From Candidatus Culexmicrobium cathedralense (lineage in GTDB: Archaea > Thermoproteota > Methanomethylicia > Culexarchaeales > Culexmicrobiaceae): 64,000 bases of DNA. Of the stretch, positions 41,341 through 51,219 are shown piece after piece (the first letter of the stretch is position 1; each line of letters begins with the position of its first letter). The notes below the pieces were generated by a model, which made no database searches, was not told where the DNA came from, and was given only the letters and a program-made list of their open reading frames with translations. The stretch lies in assembly GCA_025061115.1 (NCBI GenBank), contig JANZKC010000003.1:96001-160000 (forward strand), in the 5' to 3' direction. The translations under genes and the position numbers were made by a program.

Positions 41341-42306
41341 ATGAGCAAAGCAATGCTAGCATATCGATGTGAAAGATGCGGAGCACCACTCGAAGTCACA
41401 CCTGAAACAATAGTGGCTGTATGTGATTATTGCGGACACCCAAACTGGATGAGCGAAGTTAGAGAGGATATTGTTCTAGTTGCCTCCGTAAGTAAGGGCG
41501 TTATAATAAGAGAATTTAGGCGTAGAATTGAGGAGGATTTCGATCTAAGCAGAATTAAGGATAAGATTGGCGTAACTGAGGTAAGCGGAGTTTACGTTCC
41601 ATTCTACTTTGTAACTATTAAGGCTGAAGCAACTTATGAAGGCTACATCAAGAAGATCGAGCGTGTCGGAAGGGGTAAAAAGGCTAGGTGGATTACCAAG
41701 AGGGAAATAGTGAGCGGCACTTTAAGAAGCATTTTAAAATTGCCAGTGCTAGCTAGAAGGAGCGCTGAGGATTTTTCAATAAATGAGCTGGCCGAGCACT
41801 ACAAATATTCAAAGCCAGAATTGATGAAGCTTGAGGACGTGGATTGGGAGAAATTTAGATTGACAGTCTTAAGTGCTGAAATAACTTCTGATGAGGCTGC
41901 TAAAATAGCTAGAGATGAAGCCGGTGATAGAATGAGAGCACGTGCAGAGTCGAAGGTCGACAATTTGACTGAATTCCACTGCACAACAAAGGTTCTTTCA
42001 ATCTCCCCCATAACTCTCCTTCCATACTGGTACTTGGTGTATAGGTTCGGGGGTTCCCATTACAGAGCTGCATATGCAGGGTGGAATTGCCACTTACTTG
42101 CGATTCAAGAGCCGGTTTTAATTTATCATAGAGCGCTCTATTTTGTGGGAGCATTACTGGGATGCGGAATATCTGCTATGGGATTGACATTCGCCGCAAC
42201 TATGAATAATTTAGGATTGTCTATTGGATTGTTAGCTTTAGGCGCAGGAATTAGTTATGCATTTGGAAGAAGAATGGTTTCAGACGTGAGAGTTGAGAAG
42301 GAATGA
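41341..42306 (+). CDS. zinc-ribbon membrane protein (YdjG-like)
   Basis: CERCGAPL...CDYCG at N-terminus, YVPFY, LLPYW, two C-terminal TM helices. Confidence 0.78.
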   Translation: MSKAMLAYRCERCGAPLEVTPETIVAVCDYCGHPNWMSEVREDIVLVASVSKGVIIREFRRRIEEDFDLSRIKDKIGVTEVSGVYVPFYFVTIKAEATYEGYIKKIERVGRGKKARWITKREIVSGTLRSILKLPVLARRSAEDFSINELAEHYKYSKPELMKLEDVDWEKFRLTVLSAEITSDEAAKIARDEAGDRMRARAESKVDNLTEFHCTTKVLSISPITLLPYWYLVYRFGGSHYRAAYAGWNCHLLAIQEPVLIYHRALYFVGALLGCGISAMGLTFAATMNNLGLSIGLLALGAGISYAFGRRMVSDVRVEKE

Positions 42307-42312
42307 TGTGAA

Positions 42313-43266
42313 ATGAAGTGTCCGCATTGCGGAGCTGAATTTGATGTACCAGATGGAGTATCAGCAGCTGTCTGCCCATATTGTGGAACAACGATTAATG
42401 TTGCAACTAGGGAAGTTGAAGTCGAACACTATATTTTCCCAGTAATTTATGATCTAAATAAAGCCTATGGGAAGTTAAAGGCTATCGTTTCAAGGCAATT
42501 CGGCGTCCCCATAGACCTAAGCGATGCTTCCAACCTAATATTTAGGCGGTTGCACTATATCCCACTTTACGTTTACTACGTGGAGGGCAGAGCAATCTGC
42601 AAGGACTCCGAAGTTCTTGAAATTGATTACGTGGCTATTCCAGCATTGAAAATTGCTCCAGTTCCAATACCAGAAAATTATAGATTTCCCGTTAGAGGAA
42701 GACAGTACTTTAAGCCAGCAATACTCGAGATGGGTAAGTACTATACTCCCGCCCTCTCTAAGGATGCCGTAGAAAAATACGCTAAGTCTAAAATTTACTA
42801 TAGGCTTGTTAGCGAAGCGAGGCTTTCGTGCCCGGAGGCTCCAATTAAAATTGATTGTAAGTATGAAGGACTAGTTCACTACCCAATATGGGAACTAGTG
42901 TACTCCTATAAAAATGAGAAGTTTAGGGGGATTGTGGATGCAGTGTGCGGTGAAGTTCTTTTCGCAGAATATCCTATGTCCACTCTTCACAGAACCTACG
43001 CTTTAGCACTTGCAGTGGGAATGGCCATTGGAGGATTAATCGTTGGATTAGGTGTAGGTCTACTGTTCAAATCAACTTTAATTGGTGCATTTGGAGGATT
43101 AATTGCAGGCATTGCAGGCGCATACCCGCCGTTCACCAAATCGGCATTTAAAAAGCAGGAGTATAAGCCTCCATTTTACGGGAAATTAATGAAGGAAGAT
43201 GAGCTCGCTTCACTGCTGAGAAGGGGATTTAAGCTGGTGACATTTCTCCCTAAAATCGAATTGTAG
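42313..43266 (+). CDS. zinc-ribbon membrane protein, paralog of the upstream gene
   Basis: CPHCGA...CPYCG, YIPLY, HYPIW...Y.Y......G.VDA..GEV, two C-terminal TM helices. Confidence 0.78.
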   Translation: MKCPHCGAEFDVPDGVSAAVCPYCGTTINVATREVEVEHYIFPVIYDLNKAYGKLKAIVSRQFGVPIDLSDASNLIFRRLHYIPLYVYYVEGRAICKDSEVLEIDYVAIPALKIAPVPIPENYRFPVRGRQYFKPAILEMGKYYTPALSKDAVEKYAKSKIYYRLVSEARLSCPEAPIKIDCKYEGLVHYPIWELVYSYKNEKFRGIVDAVCGEVLFAEYPMSTLHRTYALALAVGMAIGGLIVGLGVGLLFKSTLIGAFGGLIAGIAGAYPPFTKSAFKKQEYKPPFYGKLMKEDELASLLRRGFKLVTFLPKIEL

Positions 43267-43289
43267 TAAAAAAGGGTAAGTGGTTTAAG

Positions 43290-44255
43290 TTAACTATGGA
43301 ATTTTGCTTGCTCTAGCGCCTCAATCAACTTTGGCAGGACTTCGTATAGATCTCCTACTATGCCATAGTCTGCTGCACTAAATATTGGAGCTTCAGGGTC
43401 CTTGTTTATTGCAACTATAATTTTGGCACCTTGGATTCCCGCCAAGTGCTGTACTGCTCCTGAAACTCCAACTCCAATGTAAAGTTTAGGTTTAACTTTA
43501 TGCCCTGAAAGTCCAACCCAGTCTGGAAGCCACTTTAAATCTGCCGCTATAGGCCTTGAGCAAGATACTTGACCATTCAATAGGCTAGCTAGCTTCTCAA
43601 GCATTTTGAAGTCTTCCTTCGACTTGAAGCCGCGTCCACCAACAACTAACACTTCAGCCTCCTCTAGTGGCACGCCTCTGATTTCCTTCTCCTTAACTTC
43701 AATTACTGAAATTCTTGGCTTTCTAACTTCAATTTCGACTTTAACTAATTCTCCTTCAGACTTTCCTCTTCTAACTGCCTCAAAGACTTTTGGCGGAATA
43801 GTAATTATGGCCGTTTTAGTTTTGATGATTTCTGTTGCAACTGCTCTTGCAGCGTAAACCGGCTTCTTAACCATGAATGCATCTCGGTCTTTATCGTAGG
43901 TTAAATCTGTGCACTCTGTAGCGCATCCAGCTCCAATTTTAGTTGCAACTCTTGCCGCTATTTCACGCCCATTTTTAGTTGAACCTATAATTACTGCTTT
44001 TGGATTAAACTTGTCAATAAGTTTTGCAAGAGCGTCAGCCCAGCTTTCCGGAATTAAGCCTCTTAGGTTTTCGTGCTCAACAACATATACTTTTCCTGCT
44101 CCCCATTCGAAGAGCTCTTCAGCTCCACTTACGTTTTCTCCTAAAACCACTGCTGCGGGCTTGCCATTGATCATTGCAGCTACTTCGCTTACCTTTGAAA
44201 GAAGCTCCTTAGTTACATTAATCTTCTCGGAGAAAGCCCATACTTCAATGCTCAT
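43290..44255 (-). CDS. etfA: electron transfer flavoprotein alpha subunit
   Basis: VVGGRG, CSRP, VGLSG..VKPKLYI.VGVSGAVQH..G, AINKDPEAPIF..ADYGIVGD. Confidence 0.94.
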   Translation of the reverse strand: MSIEVWAFSEKINVTKELLSKVSEVAAMINGKPAAVVLGENVSGAEELFEWGAGKVYVVEHENLRGLIPESWADALAKLIDKFNPKAVIIGSTKNGREIAARVATKIGAGCATECTDLTYDKDRDAFMVKKPVYAARAVATEIIKTKTAIITIPPKVFEAVRRGKSEGELVKVEIEVRKPRISVIEVKEKEIRGVPLEEAEVLVVGGRGFKSKEDFKMLEKLASLLNGQVSCSRPIAADLKWLPDWVGLSGHKVKPKLYIGVGVSGAVQHLAGIQGAKIIVAINKDPEAPIFSAADYGIVGDLYEVLPKLIEALEQAKFHS

Positions 44256-44259
44256 TCTA

Positions 44260-45036
44260 TTAACCTCCTATGACACCCTCCTTTGCAAGTAACTCTAAGA
44301 GTTCTTTAACGGCTTCATCAGCTGGCTTATCCTTAATTATGTGCATTTTACGCTTCATTTCAAGTGCTTGAACATCAATTACTTCAATTCCCGGCTCCTC
44401 AACTTCAATTCCCAATGCTTCTGCATTAAGAGTGTTAATCTGCTTTCTCGCTGCCCTTAGAATAGCCATGAGGGGTGGAAGTCTAGGTACGTTGATTTCC
44501 TTTGTAACTGTTAGTAGCACAGGCATTTCAGCTTCAATGATTTCATATTTATCCTCCAAATCTCTTTCAACAACTACCTTTTTCCCTTCAACTTTAATCG
44601 ACTTTGCATGAGTTATGCATGGGATGTCAAGCAGTTCAGCAGTTCTTGGACCTACTTGTCCTGAATATGTGTCGATTGTTACTTCGCCGCATAGTATGAT
44701 GTCGATTGGACCTATCTTCTTGATTGCTGAAGCTAATGCCTTTGCAGTTACATGGGTGTCGATGTTCCTAAGCTTTTCATCACATATTAGGTATGCTTCG
44801 TCAGCTCCCATGGCCAGTGCTTCTCTAAGCACTTCCTTAGCCTTCTCGGTTCCGACAGTTATTGCTACAATGCTGCCGCCATATTTTTCCTTCAGCCTCA
44901 CAGCTTCTTCAACTGCATTTCTATCAATGTCGCTCATTTTTCTTGGTGCAGCAGCTATTATTGGCTTCTTAGTTGTTTGATCGATTTTCAGTTGACTTAC
45001 ATCTATTGCCTGCTTTATGCACACCGCGATTTTCAT
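44260..45036 (-). CDS. etfB: electron transfer flavoprotein beta subunit
   Basis: MKIAVCIKQ, AVEEAVRLKE, ALAMGAD, D..SGQVGP, INVPRLP; ATG 45036 after GGAGG. Confidence 0.94.
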   Translation of the reverse strand: MKIAVCIKQAIDVSQLKIDQTTKKPIIAAAPRKMSDIDRNAVEEAVRLKEKYGGSIVAITVGTEKAKEVLREALAMGADEAYLICDEKLRNIDTHVTAKALASAIKKIGPIDIILCGEVTIDTYSGQVGPRTAELLDIPCITHAKSIKVEGKKVVVERDLEDKYEIIEAEMPVLLTVTKEINVPRLPPLMAILRAARKQINTLNAEALGIEVEEPGIEVIDVQALEMKRKMHIIKDKPADEAVKELLELLAKEGVIGG

Positions 45037-45151
45037 GCTGCTAACCTCCAAAACCTCATTTGCATGTTGAAATTTAACGTTTAGCATGCTGGAGAAGCTG
45101 ATCCTAAAAACTTTTAATTTTATAATTGGTGAGTTTTAAGCAGCTGGTGAA

Positions 45152-46426
45152 TTGGCCATGGGCAAATCATCTAGAATTCCAGGCTTCTACAAGCTTTCAA
45201 TTGAGGAAAGGCTTAAAATCGTGAAGGAGTTCGCCGACTTAAGCGATGAGGACATTCAAATTTTATCAAAGACTGGCAGCCTCTCAATAGAGCTGGCGGA
45301 CAAAATGATCGAAAACGTCATTGGAACACTTGAGATACCCCTAGGAATTGCAGTTAACTTTCTAATTAACGGTAGAGACTACCTTATCCCAATGGCAATT
45401 GAAGAACCTTCTGTTGTCGCGGCTGCTAGTCACGCCGCTAAGCTTACGAGGGCTGGCGGAGGAATATTTACTAGCAGCACAGGCCCCTTAATGATTGGTC
45501 AAGTACAACTAGTAAATGTAATTTCGCCCACTAAGGCCATGTATCAAATACTGAGCCATAAGGAAGAAATTCTGCGTATCGCTAATGAGCAAGACCCAAT
45601 TTTAGTAAAGCTTGGCGGTGGAGCTAAGGACTTGGAAGTGCGGGCATTAGACTCGCCGCTTGGACCAATGGTTATTACGCACTTAATTGTCGACGTGAAG
45701 GACGCCATGGGCGCAAATGCGGTTAATACTATGGCTGAAGCAGTTGCACCATACATCGAAAAAATAACTGGAGGTAAAGTATACTTGCGAATACTTTCAA
45801 ATCTAGCCGATAAGCGCCTAGTGAGAGCTTATACTCGTGTGCCCAAAGAAGTTATTGGAGAAGATGTTGTAGATGGCATTGTTTATGCCTACGCCTTTGC
45901 TGCAGCCGACCCATATCGAGCTGCTACCCATAATAAAGGAATCATGAATGGAATAATTGCTGTGGCTTTAGCAACTGGAAATGACACTAGAGCTCTTGAA
46001 GCTGGAGCTCATGCTTATGCTGCAAGATCAGGCAAGTACATGCCGCTGTCAGTTTGGGAGAAGGATGAAAACGGCGACCTGATAGGCTGGCTTGAGCTTC
46101 CAATTGCCGTTGGAATTGTTGGAGGAGCAACTAGAAGTAATCCAATTGCGAGAGTTTCGCTCAAAATACTTGGAGTTAAGAGTGGAGTGGAATTAGCTGA
46201 AGTTATGGGTGCAGTGGGCTTAGCTCAAAACTTAGCTGCTCTGCGGGCTTTAGCTGCTGAGGGTATTCAGAAAGGACATATGAAGCTTCACGCTAGAAAT
46301 ATTTCTATTATGGCTGGTGCAGTGGGCGATGAGATTGAGAAGGTTGCAGAAGAAATGGTTCGAATAAGGGTTATTAGAGTTGACAAGGCAAAGGAAATAT
46401 TAATGAAATTGAGGGGGAAGAGCTGA
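45152..46426 (+). CDS. mvaA: class II HMG-CoA reductase
   Basis: MIENVIG, EEPSVVAA, DAMGAN, RILSN, RAATHNKGIMNG, GNDTRA.EAG.H, GIQKGHM.LHA. Confidence 0.93.
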   Translation: MAMGKSSRIPGFYKLSIEERLKIVKEFADLSDEDIQILSKTGSLSIELADKMIENVIGTLEIPLGIAVNFLINGRDYLIPMAIEEPSVVAAASHAAKLTRAGGGIFTSSTGPLMIGQVQLVNVISPTKAMYQILSHKEEILRIANEQDPILVKLGGGAKDLEVRALDSPLGPMVITHLIVDVKDAMGANAVNTMAEAVAPYIEKITGGKVYLRILSNLADKRLVRAYTRVPKEVIGEDVVDGIVYAYAFAAADPYRAATHNKGIMNGIIAVALATGNDTRALEAGAHAYAARSGKYMPLSVWEKDENGDLIGWLELPIAVGIVGGATRSNPIARVSLKILGVKSGVELAEVMGAVGLAQNLAALRALAAEGIQKGHMKLHARNISIMAGAVGDEIEKVAEEMVRIRVIRVDKAKEILMKLRGKS

Positions 46427-46445
46427 ATTCCAAATGACGTTTCCC

Positions 46446-48227
46446 TTATTTAATTAGCTCCCTAATCCACGCATCCAAAATCTTCTCTCCAAACTTTACT
46501 GTAACATGCTTAAACTCTCTTTCGAATTCCTTTGATTTTTCTTCAACCATTTCTTTAAGCTTCACAATTTCCTCCATCTCCTTAAGCAATAGTTTCTGAG
46601 CTTCTTCAACGCTTATCTCCTTGAAATTCACTGTCTTTCCGGGCTTAGTTTGGGCAAGCCTTCCAATATCAACCTGAATTACAGTTGCAATGATCGGGTA
46701 TCCTCCAGTAGTCTGAGCGTCAGCCATTAGCACTATTGGATTTCCATCTGGAGGTACTTGAACTGCTCCAATTGTGGTTCCGCATGAAATTAACCTACCT
46801 TTGCCCTTAACGTGCCTTATCTTAGGACCTGCTAGCCTATACCCCATTCTATCCACGTGAGGTGTAACTTCGAATTCGCTGTTCAGGAAATCCATTATCG
46901 ACTTTCTTGAGAAGCATTGCGTGTGAGGGCCTAAAATGACTCTAACTTCAACTTTGCCAAGATAATTCGCTTTGCTTAGTTGTGCCGGAATTTTTCTTGC
47001 TGGACAGCTATTGACGATTGATTTGAATTTATTCTCTGCTACATGTATTACTGTGCCTCCAGTTATCCTCCTTCCAATGTTAGCTCTTAAGTAATGCGAT
47101 TTACTTCCCAAAACTTTATTCTCCGAAATTCCTCCGGCAATTGCAATATATGCCACTTGACCATCAATGAATCTCTCCACTAAAATTTCACTTCCCTTAC
47201 GCACTGGCACTGCCTGCATTAATGGAATTTTTTCATCGTTAACGGTGACCTGGATTTTTGCTCCAGTAATTGCAATAATTAGATCGTCCATAGCTTTGAA
47301 CGATGCTGTGCTTTGGAAAAGCTCTATGCAAGCTTCATCAACATCATTTCCAACAAGTATATTTGCAATAGCTAAAGCTTTCCTATCAAGAGCTCCTGAA
47401 ACAGGCACTCCATATTTCCTAAATCCTATTCTTCCTAAGTCTTGTATGCTAACTCCTAAGCCTGCCGATATCACTTTAAGTGCCGGCTTTCCTTTAATTG
47501 CCGGTAAAACCTTCTCTTCTTCAACTTTCTCCTTTAACTTCTCATATTCCTCCTCGGTTATTGGCTTGAATTTAACTAGGTCTCCAGCTTTAAGGAGGGT
47601 TGGCGGATCCTTATTTGGGTTGAATAGCTTTAGTGGAGTTCTACCAATTATCCTCCAACCCCCTGGACTTTCAACAGAATATATTCCTGTCTCCTTGCCA
47701 GCTATACCTACAGACCCTGCAGGAACTCTTAGCCTTGGTTTTTCAAGTCTAGGCGCAGCAATAATTTCAGGGACTTCCCCCATGTAAGTGAATCCCGGCG
47801 TGAAGCCAATCATGTAAACTAGGTATGTTTGGCTTGAATGTATCTTGATAACTTCGTCGCAACTTATGCCCGCATACTTTGCTACATATTCAAGGTCTGG
47901 TCCGAACTGCTTTCCATAGACTACGGGAACTTCAATCAGCCTTTTCTCTCCAATCGCCCTTTCAACTCCTTCAACTCGAACTTCCTTTTCAGCTTCTTCT
48001 ACAGCTTTGCATACTTCCTCGAACGAAATGATTGTCGGGTCATAGTGTACAAGCAGTGTTGTATATGCTGGAACTAGCTCCACAATGCCCTTCAATTTCT
48101 TGGCCTCAACTTTTCGCATTAATGCTAAAACATAGTTATTTGCTTCTCTGCTTATTTCTTCAGCAACTTCAACTAAAACTGCAGATTCGCCCATTGGCAT
48201 TAACTTGAACTTCTCATGTATCGGCAA
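46446..48227 (-). CDS. fused PxpB-PxpC (KipI-KipA / urea-carboxylase CT-like) protein
   Basis: N-half VPAYTTL, GPDL..VA, IGFTPGF.Y, PAGSVGIAG..TGIY...SPGGW..IGRT; C-half QDLGR.G....GV..SGALD, DRMGYRL, G.VQVP.DG.PI.L.AD.QTTGGYP. Confidence 0.92.
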   Translation of the reverse strand: MPIHEKFKLMPMGESAVLVEVAEEISREANNYVLALMRKVEAKKLKGIVELVPAYTTLLVHYDPTIISFEEVCKAVEEAEKEVRVEGVERAIGEKRLIEVPVVYGKQFGPDLEYVAKYAGISCDEVIKIHSSQTYLVYMIGFTPGFTYMGEVPEIIAAPRLEKPRLRVPAGSVGIAGKETGIYSVESPGGWRIIGRTPLKLFNPNKDPPTLLKAGDLVKFKPITEEEYEKLKEKVEEEKVLPAIKGKPALKVISAGLGVSIQDLGRIGFRKYGVPVSGALDRKALAIANILVGNDVDEACIELFQSTASFKAMDDLIIAITGAKIQVTVNDEKIPLMQAVPVRKGSEILVERFIDGQVAYIAIAGGISENKVLGSKSHYLRANIGRRITGGTVIHVAENKFKSIVNSCPARKIPAQLSKANYLGKVEVRVILGPHTQCFSRKSIMDFLNSEFEVTPHVDRMGYRLAGPKIRHVKGKGRLISCGTTIGAVQVPPDGNPIVLMADAQTTGGYPIIATVIQVDIGRLAQTKPGKTVNFKEISVEEAQKLLLKEMEEIVKLKEMVEEKSKEFEREFKHVTVKFGEKILDAWIRELIK

Positions 48228-48311
48228 TTTTAAGTCACCCTTTCACATAAACGCTTACAACACAAAAGGGTATTTAAGGCTAGTCTTTAAAAGCGGTCTG
48301 GAGGACGCAAA

Positions 48312-48839
48312 TTGAGTGTGCGCGGTGAGGAGGACAAGTTTAAAACAAAGCTGGCAGCACTACTTGCAGCAGTTAATTTCTGGCTCAAGCATGAAGGCAA
48401 AGTTGAGCCAACTCTAAAGGTCAAAGTTGAAGATGAAGAGTTTTCAGCTACTATAACGCAATTAGGAGAGCGGGAGTTCGAAATTGAAGTTGATAGGGAG
48501 AAGTTTAAAGTCAAGCATACCCCTGATTTGATTGCAATAACTCAAGCAATAGTTCCGAAAGAACGTAAAATTGCATTGCCGAAAGCTGTGAAGCCAAAAT
48601 TAACTCTTGAAGAAGGTGAAGTCCTCGTTAAAGCTCAGACAGCAGGTAAAATAATCGAAATTCTAGTTAAAAGCGGAGATGAAGTTAAAGAAAATTCGCC
48701 ACTAATAATAATAGAAGCCATGAAAATGGAGCTTGAAGTAACTGCGCCTCATCCAGGCAGGGTGCGAAAAATCCTTGTAAAAGTTGGAGATGAAGTTAAG
48801 ATTGGAGATCCCCTCATAATATTGAAGAAATCTAAATAG
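48312..48839 (+). CDS. biotin carboxyl carrier protein
   Basis: EAMKM biotinylation motif in the C-terminal domain; N-terminal LAALLAAV helix and beta-rich segment. Confidence 0.9.
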   Translation: MSVRGEEDKFKTKLAALLAAVNFWLKHEGKVEPTLKVKVEDEEFSATITQLGEREFEIEVDREKFKVKHTPDLIAITQAIVPKERKIALPKAVKPKLTLEEGEVLVKAQTAGKIIEILVKSGDEVKENSPLIIIEAMKMELEVTAPHPGRVRKILVKVGDEVKIGDPLIILKKSK

Positions 48840-48852
48840 CAGGTGACTTACC

Positions 48853-50268
48853 GTGGTTAAAATCACGGACTTAACCTTGAGAGATGCCCACCAATCCCTA
48901 CTTGCAACTAGAATGAAAACTGAAGATATGTTGCCAATTCTGGAAAAAATGGACCAGATAGGATTTTATGCGATGGAAGTTTGGGGTGGAGCAACTTTCG
49001 ATGCTCCATTAAGATACCTACGTGAAGATCCTTGGGAGAGACTAAAGAAAATAAGGAGCATAGTGAAGAAGACCAAGCTTCAAATGCTATTGAGAGGTCA
49101 AAACCTAGTTGGTTATCGCCACTATCCAGATGATGTTTGCATAGCGTTTGTTGAAAAGGCTTACGAGAATGGAATAGACCTCTTTAGAATTTTCGACGCT
49201 TTAAACGACCTAAGAAACCTTGAAGTAACAGTTAAAACTGCAAGAAAAGTTGGAGCTGAAGTTCAAATATGCATGGTTTACACCACAAGTCCAGTGCACA
49301 CTGTGGATTATTACATTGATTTAGCAAGGGAGATAGCCGCCATGGAAGTCGACTCAATAGCCATCAAGGATATGTCAGGCATTTTAGAGCCTTATGTAGC
49401 TTACGAGCTAGTTTCAAGAATCAAACGTGAAGTGAAAATTCCAATAAATATTCACTCTCACACAACTGCTGGATTAGCTCCAATAACACTAATTAAGGCA
49501 GTTGAGGCTGGAGCGGATATAATTGACTGCGTAGTTTCATCAATGTCCATGCACACCTCTCACCCACCCGCAGAAACCATAGCAGTAGCGCTTAGAGGCA
49601 CACCATACGACCCAAAGTTAGACTTAAAATTGTTATTCAAAGTTTCAAGGTACTTCTGGAGGGTACGGCAAAAATATAAGGAATACGACTATGCCCTTAG
49701 AAACCCGCCAGTCGATGTTAGAGTAATTGAGCATCAAATTCCAGGAGGAATGTACAGCAACCTTCTAGCTCAATTGAGACAGCAAGCTGCCGAGGATAAA
49801 TTAGGTGAAGTGCTTGAAGAAATACCTAGAGTTAGAAAAGATTTAGGTTGGCCTCCGCTTGTAACGCCACTATCTCAAATAGTTGGCACGCAGGCGGTTG
49901 TAAACGTACTGATGGGAGATAGGTATAAGCTAATAATCAAAGAGGTGAAGGATTACATTAAAGGATTTTATGGGCGGCCGCCAGCTCCAATTAACCCTAA
50001 CTTAATAAAGAAAGCTTTAGGAGATGAAAAACCAATCAAATGCAGACCTGCAGACTTACTAAAACCAGTACTATCCGAAGTTAAAAGAAAACTGCCAAAA
50101 GACCTCGTACAAAAAGAGAAGGATTACTTGACTTACGCAATATTCCCAGAAGTTGCAATGGACTTCTTCAAGTGGAGAAAGCGATTTCTCGAGAGAAAGA
50201 TTGAAGAGTATGAAGTGATGGTGCCGGGGTCGAAGTTTAAGGTCATAGTGGAGGAAGACATAAAATAA
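48853..50268 (+). CDS. pyruvate/oxaloacetate carboxyltransferase (PycB/OadA/transcarboxylase 5S family) without a biotinyl domain
   Basis: DLTLRDAHQSL.ATR, WGGATFD, QMLLRGQN.VGY, IKDMSG, HSH, HQIPGGM.SN, PPLVTP.SQIVG.QA. Confidence 0.93.
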   Translation: MVKITDLTLRDAHQSLLATRMKTEDMLPILEKMDQIGFYAMEVWGGATFDAPLRYLREDPWERLKKIRSIVKKTKLQMLLRGQNLVGYRHYPDDVCIAFVEKAYENGIDLFRIFDALNDLRNLEVTVKTARKVGAEVQICMVYTTSPVHTVDYYIDLAREIAAMEVDSIAIKDMSGILEPYVAYELVSRIKREVKIPINIHSHTTAGLAPITLIKAVEAGADIIDCVVSSMSMHTSHPPAETIAVALRGTPYDPKLDLKLLFKVSRYFWRVRQKYKEYDYALRNPPVDVRVIEHQIPGGMYSNLLAQLRQQAAEDKLGEVLEEIPRVRKDLGWPPLVTPLSQIVGTQAVVNVLMGDRYKLIIKEVKDYIKGFYGRPPAPINPNLIKKALGDEKPIKCRPADLLKPVLSEVKRKLPKDLVQKEKDYLTYAIFPEVAMDFFKWRKRFLERKIEEYEVMVPGSKFKVIVEEDIK

Positions 50269-50409
50269 GTATTTATTTTTGAAAAATGTAAATAAATATC
50301 TTAAATAATGTCCACATGTGGTGTCAAATCCAATATAAAGTCGCAAGTCTTAAATACCATTCTTTGAATAAGTTTAGTCAAAGAAATCAAATTCTGAGAG
50401 GGAAGATAC

Positions 50410-51210
50410 TTGAACCCCCTAATATTCGAAATTGTAAAGGAAGAAAGGAACGCTCCACTATTAATGCTAATAATAATAATGGGCGCAGCATTTTACTTCA
50501 TTCAAAGAGCTAAAAGAGGAGTAGTTCCAAAGATAAGGCGAGTTCCGGGATTAGATGCCATTGATGAGGCAATTGGAAGAGCAACTGAAATGGGCAGACC
50601 CGTATTCTGCTCCCACGGAATCGCAAACATTTCAGACGCTACATATGGGCCTCAAACCATTGCAGGACTAGGCGTTTTAAGCTACGTAGCGCAAATGTGC
50701 GCAAGATATGGAGCAAGATTAATTGTGCCAGTTAGGCAACTAAGCGTATTGCCAATCGCAACTGAAATTGTTGAAACAGCATATAAGTTGGAGGGCAAGC
50801 CCGAGCAATTTAGAAAAGAAGATATTATGTACCTCTCACCATGGCAGTTCGCCTACTCTCTCGCCTACATGAGCTTGATGGAGCGAGAGAGGGCGGCTGC
50901 AAACATTATGGTCGGCGCTTACTGGGCTGAGTCACTGCAATTAGCGGAAACTGGATATAGGATAGGAGCAATACAAGTTTCAGGTACGGCCAACACCCAC
51001 CAAATACCATTCTTCGTAGTAGCAACCGACTACTGCCTAATAGGTGAAGAAATCTACGCTGCAGGTGCATATCTATCCAAAGATCCACTGCAAATTGCAA
51101 GTATTGTAGCTCAGGACGTTGGAAAATACATTGCGATAATTATCGCACTTATAGGAGCACTACTGACGACAGGAGGAATAGATTGGGTTGTAAAAGCTCT
51201 CCAATCTTAG
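50410..51210 (+). CDS. DUF6754-type membrane-anchored protein (cassette copy 2, gene A)
   Basis: TM, then IRRVPGLDAIDEAIGRATEMGRP, soluble domain, GTANTHQIPFF...DY.LIGEE.YAAGAYLS, TM. Confidence 0.85.
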   Translation: MNPLIFEIVKEERNAPLLMLIIIMGAAFYFIQRAKRGVVPKIRRVPGLDAIDEAIGRATEMGRPVFCSHGIANISDATYGPQTIAGLGVLSYVAQMCARYGARLIVPVRQLSVLPIATEIVETAYKLEGKPEQFRKEDIMYLSPWQFAYSLAYMSLMERERAAANIMVGAYWAESLQLAETGYRIGAIQVSGTANTHQIPFFVVATDYCLIGEEIYAAGAYLSKDPLQIASIVAQDVGKYIAIIIALIGALLTTGGIDWVVKALQS

Positions 51211-51219
51211 GGGTGAGGG

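Noticed and set aside
47167-47787. long antisense ORFs (this 206-aa one, also 2214-2669, 15727-16206, 53736-54197)
   Set aside because: Shadow frames opposite well-supported genes, Ser/Phe/Ile-rich, no motifs.
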